DNA from: a virus
Reading direction: 5' to 3' (one strand)
DNA: 14,709 bases
Virus genome (UHGV): UHGV-0109417
The notes beneath the pieces were generated by a model that ran no database searches, was not told the origin of the DNA, and was given only the letters and a program-made list of their open reading frames with translations. Shown one piece after another: positions 7,255-13,486 of the stretch; the stretch's first letter is position 1, and the number at the start of each line of letters is the position of its first letter. Both the position numbers and the translations under genes were made by a program.

Positions 7255-8121
7255 ATGGAAAACACTGGCTTACACGATGTTAATTTTTCACTTAGATATG
7301 ACGGTTTGGATGCTGAAAAGCATGAGATTGAACTTTCTTCGCTCGGTGAATCGCTAAAGGGATTTTCGAAGATATTAGCTACAGCTGGAACCTTCGCATT
7401 AACCCAAAAGTACTCGCGAAGCACCTCAACTCAAGAGGTTAAAATTTACGCTACCGAAGCTAGGGCCAATTGTTTTTCTCTTGATACTATCATGAATTTT
7501 ATCAGTCAGTCTCAATTGTTCTCAGGGTCTGCGGGGGCTATACTTGGCGCATTAGTGCCTTATATCTTCGCTAAAAACTCGCAGAAGAAAGAGGAAATGA
7601 AATACCTAAAAGAAGCACTTGAGAAGGCAATTGAGGCCCTCGGAAATAAAGATAAAGATACCATCTCAGGTCTAATCTCAGTGATTGACAAGATGGCTAG
7701 TGAGTTACGCCCATCAGTTAGACAGGCAGTTTCCCCCATCGGTACCACCTGTAATAAGATAAGCGTCACACCGGGGAATGGTTTCAAGCCTGCTGTAATT
7801 GATGAGCAAGATAAAGCAGTAATAGACCAGTTGGACGACGACGAAGTTCTTGGCTTAAGGGAGTATCGAATCTTCCTTACTGAATTCGACGCTCACCGAA
7901 TGACCGCTAAAGTCATTATAGAAGGTGATGATTCAGATAAGCGCATCTCAGCACAAATAAGCGATCCATCTGCTTCAAAGGCAGACAACCCGTATCTCAT
8001 TTCACTTAGTCGTTTTCTGTCAACGGGTCTAAGTCATGAGTCAGCGGTAAAAGTAACTGCCAAAGCAGCAGTTAGAAAAGGGGCTATTAGTAAACTTTTC
8101 ATAGTTGATATTGAGCTTTAA
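7255..8121 (+). CDS. hypothetical 288-aa protein in the rexAB position
   Basis: ATG 7255 with AAGGA 7 nt upstream, 47 nt after the cI stop, with no terminator between. One hydrophobic segment, [18 protein letters not shown] (aa ~88-105). No family recognised. Confidence 0.8.
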   Translation: MENTGLHDVNFSLRYDGLDAEKHEIELSSLGESLKGFSKILATAGTFALTQKYSRSTSTQEVKIYATEARANCFSLDTIMNFISQSQLFSGSAGAILGALVPYIFAKNSQKKEEMKYLKEALEKAIEALGNKDKDTISGLISVIDKMASELRPSVRQAVSPIGTTCNKISVTPGNGFKPAVIDEQDKAVIDQLDDDEVLGLREYRIFLTEFDAHRMTAKVIIEGDDSDKRISAQISDPSASKADNPYLISLSRFLSTGLSHESAVKVTAKAAVRKGAISKLFIVDIEL

Positions 8122-8123
8122 CA

Positions 8124-8149
8124 ACCGGCCACCGCGCCGGGTTTTTTGT
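8124..8149 (+). terminator. intrinsic terminator shared by the convergent 288-aa and 72-aa genes
   Basis: Stem CCGGC (8125-8129) / GCCGG (8136-8140), loop CACCGC, then GTTTTTTG. Weaker on the minus strand (followed by TTGTT). Confidence 0.6.
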
Positions 8150-8151
8150 GC

Positions 8152-8370
8152 CTACTTCACAGCTTTACTACCCTTCCTGACTATCTCAGCTGCATCCCGT
8201 AGCATCCCCTTATGGATCACGTTTCCTACGGCTTTGCGCTTCCCTTCCAGAAATCCCACAATGTTGTCCTTATTGATTTCAATTCCGTTATAAACCAGCT
8301 CGAACACTACGCACCCAACCTCTCCAGCCATGAAGGCCATTCGTTCATCTGCACGTTCATCTCGTTCCAT
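8152..8370 (-). CDS. hypothetical 72-aa protein adjacent to OL
   Basis: MERDERADERMAFMAGEVGCVVFELVYNGIEINKDNIVGFLEGKRKAVGNVIHKGMLRDAAEIVRKGSKAVK. ATG 8370 is preceded by AGGAGGT. The tracked start at 8412 has no RBS. Confidence 0.7.
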   Translation of the reverse strand: MERDERADERMAFMAGEVGCVVFELVYNGIEINKDNIVGFLEGKRKAVGNVIHKGMLRDAAEIVRKGSKAVK

Positions 8371-8432
8371 AGCTACCTCCTGATGTTTTTTGCAGCATAG
8401 CACGTACTGCACAAATCCATAACAGAACTAAA

Positions 8433-8517
8433 TTAACCAATAAATCATAACCTTAATAACCAATGGCAAAATAATTAACCAACGGTTATTGACTGAAAAT
8501 AACCATTAGTTAATAAT
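8433..8517 (+). promoter_or_regulatory. OL operators and PL promoter
   Basis: -35 TTGACT 8489-8494, 17-nt spacer, -10 AATAAT 8512-8517. Dyads TTAACCAACGGTTAT 8475-8489 and ATAACCATTAGTTAA 8499-8513 have the same consensus and the same 24-bp centre spacing as the OR pair. Extra half-sites (TTAACC/ATAACC) occur at 8433, 8447 and 8456. Confidence 0.65.
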
Positions 8518-8563
8518 CAGCTCATCGAAACGAAACATCGACAGCTGAGCGAAGTTAGCCAGC

Positions 8564-8602
8564 GGCGGACAGCAAGTCGCCTGCTTCTTTAACAAATCAG
8601 AC
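8564..8602 (+). promoter_or_regulatory. boxA-like antitermination element preceded by a small hairpin (nutL-equivalent, rrn-like order)
   Basis: TGCTTCTTTAACAA (8582-8595) versus the boxA consensus TGCTCTTTAACAA (one extra T). It continues ATCAGAC, like the rrn leader (TTTATCAGAC). Hairpin GGCGG (8564-8568) / TCGCC (8577-8581). Confidence 0.45.
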
Positions 8603-9062
8603 TGAGTGACAGGCAAGCCGTAGCTCTCCTGGCAAAAAGAAATGGCACCCGATGGGATCGAGGTAAGCACTGAGTCCGTATGCGTACGGTAGGTGTAGAG
8701 GACCACGCTGCGATGAGCTGATAAGTCACTCAATTTGAAGCGCTCCGATGATGGGGCGCTGATTCAACTTAGAGGAGTGATTCCAATGAAGAACTAAAGC
8801 GGACAGACCGCAGCCTAAAGGCAATGCAGCAGTAATGATGCCGCCCTGAGTCGCCGAATGGCGAGCCTGTGTAGTGATGGGTCAAGGTTCTTATATCAAA
8901 ACAAGCTCCGGTAAAGCAGCGAGAACGCCAGACGCGCACCGGTTATGAGCGGCGATGAGCGACAAGGTCTCAAGGGCATGTGCGCGGCCACTGCGAGAGT
9001 GTGGCGAAGTTTACCAGCAGCTCTTTGCGAGGGGCTGACGGTAAACAAAAAGAGGAGTGTGT

Positions 9063-9404
9063 ATGGCAGATAAAAAAACGGCGCCACTACTGCTTAACGT
9101 AGACGCCAGCGAGGTACTTACTCAGACCGGGGAGCTTTTAAAGTTACTTGAACTTCCAGCCAGTTCCTTTCAGGGAATTCCTGAGCATGTCGTCGATCTG
9201 TTTTTTGACCGTGTCCGTGGCCTGATTGACAACATCGTCCTTAGTGATTTCTCGACCACAGTCAGCACAACTGACGCCGGTGAAATTTGTCTCAAAGTCA
9301 AAATCATCGGGCTGGTTGAACATCTCACTTCCGCAGTCAGGGCACACGGTCCGCATGGTTTGCATGAATATATCCTTTCTACTGTTGGGGAGATTAAAGA
9401 GTAA
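9063..9404 (+). CDS. 113-aa ORF, possibly a shadow of the antisense zinc-ribbon gene
   Basis: Strong RBS (AGAGGAG 9051-9057, ATG 9063) and the same strand as the operon. However, the composition is L/V-rich with CTT-dominated Leu codons, as expected for the codon-opposed antisense frame of an acidic protein. Confidence 0.3.
   Translation: MADKKTAPLLLNVDASEVLTQTGELLKLLELPASSFQGIPEHVVDLFFDRVRGLIDNIVLSDFSTTVSTTDAGEICLKVKIIGLVEHLTSAVRAHGPHGLHEYILSTVGEIKE
9144..9365 (-). CDS. 73-aa zinc-ribbon protein (antisense to the PL operon)
   Basis: MQTMRTVCPDCGSEMFNQPDDFDFETNFTGVSCADCGREITKDD... Two CxxCG knuckles lie 22 aa apart. AAGGA 9 nt upstream of the ATG. A T7 run preceded by a weak hairpin lies about 50-70 nt downstream on the minus strand (9070-9110). 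Confidence 0.55.
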   Translation of the reverse strand: MQTMRTVCPDCGSEMFNQPDDFDFETNFTGVSCADCGREITKDDVVNQATDTVKKQIDDMLRNSLKGTGWKFK

Positions 9405-9474
9405 GCGATTTCTTGCTGTTGGGGAATAGCGGGAAAGCGCGCGCCGGGCGCGGATAAATACCCCGGCACTAACT

Positions 9475-9603
9475 GGAATGTTTTGGGCTGGCAGACGGTT
9501 ATCAGCTAGTTGGTGAGGTAATGGCTCACCAAGGCGACGACGGCCTTCCCTGCTGCTTGAAAGCGGGGAGCCAGCACCAAAACATTTCTCCCGCATCAGC
9601 GGG
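9475..9603 (+). ncRNA. stem-closed structured element containing 16S rRNA-like sequence (function unknown)
   Basis: Closing stem 9475-9492 / 9570-9588 (10 bp + bulge + 6 bp, plus 2 more pairs). Internal hairpins 9510-9532 and 9548-9568, and a 3' hairpin 9590-9603. 9504-9540 matches conserved 16S sequence from memory. No credible ORF covers the element. Confidence 0.45.
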
Positions 9604-9623
9604 TAACGACAGAGGGTAAGGGG

Positions 9624-9920
9624 ATGATCGACGACATCAAGCGCATCGACTCAATGATAAATGCGCTTCGCAATATGAAACAGGACATCAAGCGTCAGCA
9701 GAAACTAAGTGAAATAAACAGTTTAGACCTGTCGCCGAAGCAAGCTCAAAAGCGCAATGCCGATGCTGACTGGATTGCGATGGAACAGATTAAGCGTCGG
9801 CATGAGCTGCACGCTCTGTCTGTTGAGCTTGGGTTCGCTGAGCGCCGGGAAAGTTATGCTCCATTTGAATTAACTGACGGGTGGCACCGATTCGACCACA
9901 AGCCGCGCGAACCTCAATAG
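9624..9920 (+). CDS. hypothetical 98-aa protein
   Basis: ATG 9624 follows AGGGTAAGGGG. K/R/Q-rich helical N-terminal half. Followed directly by a terminator. Confidence 0.7.
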   Translation: MIDDIKRIDSMINALRNMKQDIKRQQKLSEINSLDLSPKQAQKRNADADWIAMEQIKRRHELHALSVELGFAERRESYAPFELTDGWHRFDHKPREPQ

Positions 9921-9942
9921 CCGCCTAACCAGCGGCTTTTTC
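9919..9942 (+). terminator. intrinsic terminator inside the PL operon
   Basis: Stem GCCGC (9920-9924) / GCGGC (9932-9936), 7-nt loop, then TTTTTC. Confidence 0.7.
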
Positions 9943-10075
9943 ATACCTGGAGTCATTTACGAGTGGCTCAAGTTATGACAATCGGCGGCCATCCACCGCC
10001 CATTGAAACACTGAATAAATGCGTTGAAGTCTTGTATTAACCGTTCCGTTCGCCGCGATAAGGCCAAGAGGATTT

Positions 10076-10234
10076 ATGACAGTCACCCACAACGGCAAGC
10101 AGTACACAGCCAAAAAGCTCAACGATAACGAGTGGCAGCTGACGTCGGTGTCGGCACCGCGTGAAAAACTGGTGCTTAACCGCTGGCAGATGCATGTTGC
10201 CGGACTTCTTGAGCAGGTGGAGAAACAATCATGA
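10076..10234 (+). CDS. hypothetical 52-aa protein (below the ORF-track cutoff)
   Basis: MTVTHNGKQYTAKKLNDNEWQLTSVSAPREKLVLNRWQMHVAGLLEQVEKQS*. AGAGGA upstream. The stop overlaps the next ATG (ATGA). Confidence 0.5.
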   Translation: MTVTHNGKQYTAKKLNDNEWQLTSVSAPREKLVLNRWQMHVAGLLEQVEKQS

Positions 10235-10404
10235 CCATCAATCACCAGTTACTCCGTATGGCCCAGCAGAAAGCCCGTGACGCCATTGCACAACGCAACG
10301 GCACCAAGTGGATGGAAGCCAACGAAGAGATGAAGATAGCCGCTGGCATGCCGTGGTATCGCGGTAATTCGAATCAGCGTGGAGGCGAGCATGCAGAAGT
10401 TTGA
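10231..10404 (+). CDS. hypothetical 57-aa protein (below the ORF-track cutoff)
   Basis: MTINHQLLRMAQQKARDAIAQRNGTKWMEANEEMKIAAGMPWYRGNSNQRGGEHAEV*. Coupled to its neighbours on both sides. Confidence 0.5.
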   Translation: MTINHQLLRMAQQKARDAIAQRNGTKWMEANEEMKIAAGMPWYRGNSNQRGGEHAEV

Positions 10405-10612
10405 ATATTTCGTGATGGATGGTCGTGCCCAATATGACCTTGAGCGAGCGGCAGTGTTCGAAGCGCTGGGCCAAAAAGAACCGTCGAAAAAGAGCCTGCA
10501 GCGAGACTGGGGAGATATGGGCGCATTTCTTGTGCGCGCTCCGGTAATCAGTGAGGACGCATCAGGCAATTCCCGATGCGGTGCTTTCGAAGTAGTCCGT
10601 GAAATCCAGTAA
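10391..10612 (+). CDS. hypothetical 73-aa protein
   Basis: ATG 10391 with GGAGG 5 nt upstream, preferred over the tracked GTG at 10379. Confidence 0.6.
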   Translation: MQKFEYFVMDGRAQYDLERAAVFEALGQKEPSKKSLQRDWGDMGAFLVRAPVISEDASGNSRCGAFEVVREIQ

Positions 10613-10681
10613 TCCCCCACCCCATTTCACATCTGGCAGCCAATCGCCGGGTGACGCACATTCTGATTTCAGGAGTAACCC

Positions 10682-11653
10682 ATGAGTGAAGCAACGGATT
10701 TAGTCGTCATAGAGAAGTCGAACGCGATGGCAGTCTTTACCAGCAAAGAGCAGCTCGACCCGCTTCTCGAGAAAATCGAGACAGAGGCCCGCAGCCTGGT
10801 ACCCGACCTGACCACTAAGAAAGGTCGCGACGCCATCGCATCAATGGCCCACAAGGTCGCCCGCTCGAAAACGTACATCGACAACGCCGGTAAAGACCTC
10901 GTTGCAGAGCTCAAGGCATTGCCCAAGCAGATCGACGAAAGCCGCCGAATTGTGCGTGAGCGACTCGACGCGCTGAAAGATGAAGTTCGCCGCCCGCTGA
11001 CCGAGTGGGAAGCCGAACAGGAGCGCATTAAAGCCGAAGAGGAAATGAATGCGTGGCATGCCGAAGCTCTGGAGATGAACGCAGAGTTCGATCGCCAACT
11101 GGCAGCACGACGCGAAGCAGACCACGAAATGGCTCTGCTGATGAATGACAAGTTTGACCGTGACCGCGAAGAGCAGCGCCGCCAGGCGGAACAGGCACAG
11201 CGTGAACGTGACGAGCGTCTGAAGCAGGAAGCGGCAGAACAAGCCCGCCGCGATGCCGAAGCGAAGCACAAAGCGGAGATTGAAGCCGCAGCACGCCGTG
11301 AAGCTGAAGAGAAAGCGCGTGCAGAGCTGGCAGAGCGCCAGCGCATCGAAACGGAGCAGCGTGCGGAACGCGAGAAGCAGGAAGCGGAAGCGCGGGCGGA
11401 ACGGGAAAAAGCCGCGGCAGTGGAAACTGAGCGCCTCAAGGCAAAACAGGCAGAAGAAGCCCGCCTGGCTGAAGAGAAGCGCATCGCCGACGAACAGGCT
11501 AAGCGCGAAGCTGACGTGAAGCACCGCAAGACGGTCGGCACCAACATCGTTAACGCGCTCACCAGCCACACCAGCTTAACTCGCGAACAGGCTATCGAAG
11601 TGCTCACCGCTCTGAAAGATGACCTGATCCCCTGCGCGAAAATTCATTACTGA
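10682..11653 (+). CDS. DUF1351-like phage protein with a long E/R/A/K/Q coiled-coil insert
   Basis: 323 aa. The N-terminal ~110 aa (VIEKSNAMAVFTSKEQLDPLLEKIETEAR...KGRDAIASMAHKVARSKTYIDNAGKDL...PLTEWE) resembles the DUF1351 proteins found next to RecT/Bet genes. The middle ~170 aa is low-complexity charged helix. Confidence 0.8.
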   Translation: MSEATDLVVIEKSNAMAVFTSKEQLDPLLEKIETEARSLVPDLTTKKGRDAIASMAHKVARSKTYIDNAGKDLVAELKALPKQIDESRRIVRERLDALKDEVRRPLTEWEAEQERIKAEEEMNAWHAEALEMNAEFDRQLAARREADHEMALLMNDKFDRDREEQRRQAEQAQRERDERLKQEAAEQARRDAEAKHKAEIEAAARREAEEKARAELAERQRIETEQRAEREKQEAEARAEREKAAAVETERLKAKQAEEARLAEEKRIADEQAKREADVKHRKTVGTNIVNALTSHTSLTREQAIEVLTALKDDLIPCAKIHY

Positions 11654-11660
11654 GGCAACC

Positions 11661-11945
11661 ATGAACGCATACCTCACTTACGACCGCATCGAAGATCGGC
11701 GCTGGGTTGAGCAACAGCTCACCGACGAGAAAGAGAAGTGGATCAATGACCGGGCGCAGAAAATCATCGACATGATGCCAAAAGAACCGTCCGGCCTCTT
11801 CCACTTCACTGTCCCGATTGACTCCAGCCCATACGAAGGACTTCGCAGCGATGACGCTGGAAAGGCCTACAACGATTTCATTTCGGCAGTTGCTTACGCC
11901 CAGGCGGAATACGACTGGGAACACCGTACCGGCTGCCCGTTTTAA
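11661..11945 (+). CDS. gam: Gam-like RecBCD inhibitor (divergent)
   Basis: MNAYLTYDRIEDRRWVEQQLTDEKEK...DMMPKEPSGLFHFTVPID versus lambda GamS [28 protein letters not shown]...DMEKGLPQHLFESLCID. Lies immediately upstream of bet. Confidence 0.7.
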   Translation: MNAYLTYDRIEDRRWVEQQLTDEKEKWINDRAQKIIDMMPKEPSGLFHFTVPIDSSPYEGLRSDDAGKAYNDFISAVAYAQAEYDWEHRTGCPF

Positions 11946-11963
11946 TTTTTGAGGGGATTAACG

Positions 11964-12809
11964 ATGGCAAACGAATTAACAATCACAGCGACGTCGCTTC
12001 AGGAGATAGGCGTCGACGTCTCCACCTGGAGCGCGCTGAAGAACAGCATCTACCCTGGCGCCAAAGACGAATCGGTAATGATGGCGCTTGACTACTGCCG
12101 AGCCCGCCAGCTGGATCCGTTGCTCAAACCTGTCCACCTCGTTCCGATGTACGTCAAAGACTCGAAAACAGGTAAAGGCGACTGGCGAGACGTGGTCATG
12201 CCGGGCATCGGGCTTTACCGCATTCAGGCAGACCGTTCCGGCGATTATGCCGGGGCTCGGGAGCCTGAGTTCGGGCCCGACGTAACTCAGACGCTAACTG
12301 GCGTCGAGGTGACCTTCCCTCAGTGGTGCAAATACACCGTCTACAAGCGCATGCCCAGCGGCGAGATCGTCGAGTTCAGCGCCAAAGAATACTGGATTGA
12401 AAACTACGCCACCGGCGGCCGCGACACCACGGCGCCGAATGCAATGTGGAAAAAACGCCCATACGGCCAACTGGCGAAATGCGCAGAAGCCCAGGCATTA
12501 CGTAAGGCATGGCCTGAGATTGGACAGCAGCCTACCGCTGAAGAAATGGAAGGCAAATCGCTGGACGTTGATATTCGTGACGTCACCCCGCGCAGCACCA
12601 CAGAAGCGCTTCCACCAGCAGCAAGCGAAGAAACGCTCCAGGCGATAACCGATCTCTTAACGACCCTGGATAAAGACTGGGAGAAAGACTTCCTCCCTGT
12701 GTGCAGCGACATCTTCAAGCGGCCAATTCTTGAGGCGTCAGACCTCACTGAAGAAGAGGCACAGAAAGGGTTCAACTTCCTTCAGAAAAAAGCTAAGGCG
12801 GCAGCATGA
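11964..12809 (+). CDS. bet: single-strand annealing protein (Bet/RecT family) with a lambda-Bet-like C-terminal tail
   Basis: Core motif [24 protein letters not shown]. The C-terminal [32 protein letters not shown]...[12 protein letters not shown] parallels lambda Bet DETMQEINTLLIALDKTWDDDLLPLCSQIFRR...LGFLKQKAAE. ATG 11964 with a GAGGGG RBS. Confidence 0.9.
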   Translation: MANELTITATSLQEIGVDVSTWSALKNSIYPGAKDESVMMALDYCRARQLDPLLKPVHLVPMYVKDSKTGKGDWRDVVMPGIGLYRIQADRSGDYAGAREPEFGPDVTQTLTGVEVTFPQWCKYTVYKRMPSGEIVEFSAKEYWIENYATGGRDTTAPNAMWKKRPYGQLAKCAEAQALRKAWPEIGQQPTAEEMEGKSLDVDIRDVTPRSTTEALPPAASEETLQAITDLLTTLDKDWEKDFLPVCSDIFKRPILEASDLTEEEAQKGFNFLQKKAKAAA

Positions 12810-13486
12810 CACCCGAAATTATCCTGTCCAGGACCGGTATTGACGTAACTACTATCCAACAGGGCGATGAGGCGTGGCACCGGCTGCGCCTCGGCGTTAT
12901 CACAGCCTCCGAAGTGCATAACGTCATAGCCAAGCCAAGATCGGGGAAGAAGTGGACAGACATGAAAATGTCCTACTTTCACACCTTGCTCGCCGAGGTA
13001 TGCACAGGCGTGGCGCCAGAGGTTAACGCCAAGGCGCTGGCCTGGGGCAAGCAGTACGAGGAAGACGCCCGCACCCTCTTCGAGTTCACCACGGATGTGA
13101 AAGTCACGGAGTCTCCGATCCTGTTCCGTGACGAGAGCATGCGCACCGCATGCTCCCCTGACGGCCTGTGCAGTAACGGGTTCGGTCTTGAGCTTAAATG
13201 CCCGTTCACCTCCCGCGACTTCATGAAATTCCGCCTTGGCGGTTTCGAAGCCATCAAGTCTGCGTATATGGCCCAGGTGCAGTACAGCATGTGGGTGACC
13301 GGGAAAGAAGCCTGGTTCTTTGCCAACTACGACCCACGAATGAAGCGAGAAGGCATTCACCATGTCGTTGTTGAACGGGATCCGCAGTACATGACCGATT
13401 TCAACGAAATGGTGCCGGAGTTCATCGAGAAGATGGACGAGGCGCTGGCGGAGATCGGATTCACGTTCGGGGAGCAGTGGAAATGA
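12806..13486 (+). CDS. exo: lambda-type 5'-3' exonuclease (Exo/YqaJ)
   Basis: 226 aa, [14 protein letters not shown]...[24 protein letters not shown]...[39 protein letters not shown]..., near-identical to lambda Exo. Confidence 0.95.
   Translation: MTPEIILSRTGIDVTTIQQGDEAWHRLRLGVITASEVHNVIAKPRSGKKWTDMKMSYFHTLLAEVCTGVAPEVNAKALAWGKQYEEDARTLFEFTTDVKVTESPILFRDESMRTACSPDGLCSNGFGLELKCPFTSRDFMKFRLGGFEAIKSAYMAQVQYSMWVTGKEAWFFANYDPRMKREGIHHVVVERDPQYMTDFNEMVPEFIEKMDEALAEIGFTFGEQWK

Noticed and set aside
6425-7424. Minus-strand ORFs 6425-6763, 6848-7033 and 6873-7424, and the plus-strand ORF 6625-6963.
   Set aside because: They overlap the clearly recognisable CI repressor frame and the start of the 288-aa gene. 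They have no RBS and low-complexity translations.
8506-8733. 75-aa minus-strand ORF.
   Set aside because: It runs through the predicted PL promoter and operators. It has no RBS and an implausible composition.
8753-8797. GGGGCGCTGATTC resembling the tmRNA 5' end, followed by a strong SD and a 3-codon mini-ORF (ATG AAG AAC TAA, 8786-8797).
   Set aside because: The resemblance is only about 11 nt. There is no tRNA-like 3' partner or tag reading frame. I treat it as chance, although the SD plus mini-ORF could still matter for leader regulation.
8877-8948. 23-aa ORF MGQGSYIKTSSGKAARTPDAHRL considered as a decayed N arginine-rich motif.
   Set aside because: It contains only three Arg and stops after 23 codons. 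The similarity to the N-terminal ARM of P22/21-type N proteins rests on my imperfect recall. This is not enough to call an N pseudogene.
8540-9060. Additional scattered resemblances of the PL leader to the 16S 5' end (GCAAGTCG, CTTGCTTCTTTGCTGAC-like, GCAGCAGT..CCTGA).
   Set aside because: The matches are short and partly out of order relative to 16S. The best of them is better explained as boxA. Only the 9504-9620 block is reported as rRNA-like.
9366-9596. Upstream extension of the zinc-ribbon ORF to 150 aa (start at 9596).
   Set aside because: The extension (MREKCFGAGSPLSSSREGRRRLGEPLPHQLADNRLPAQ...) is low-complexity and covers the structured 16S-like element. An internal ATG at 9365 has an RBS and yields a compact zinc-ribbon protein.
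10669-11607. 312-aa minus-strand ORF, plus the 242-aa (10841-11569), 88-aa minus-strand (11028-11294) and 88-aa plus-strand (11253-11519) ORFs.
   Set aside because: Their Ser/Ala/Arg/Cys-rich nonsense composition is the mirror or off-frame image of the GAA/GCG/CGC-periodic coiled-coil region. The plus-strand frame at 10682-11653 has an RBS and a conserved N-terminal domain.
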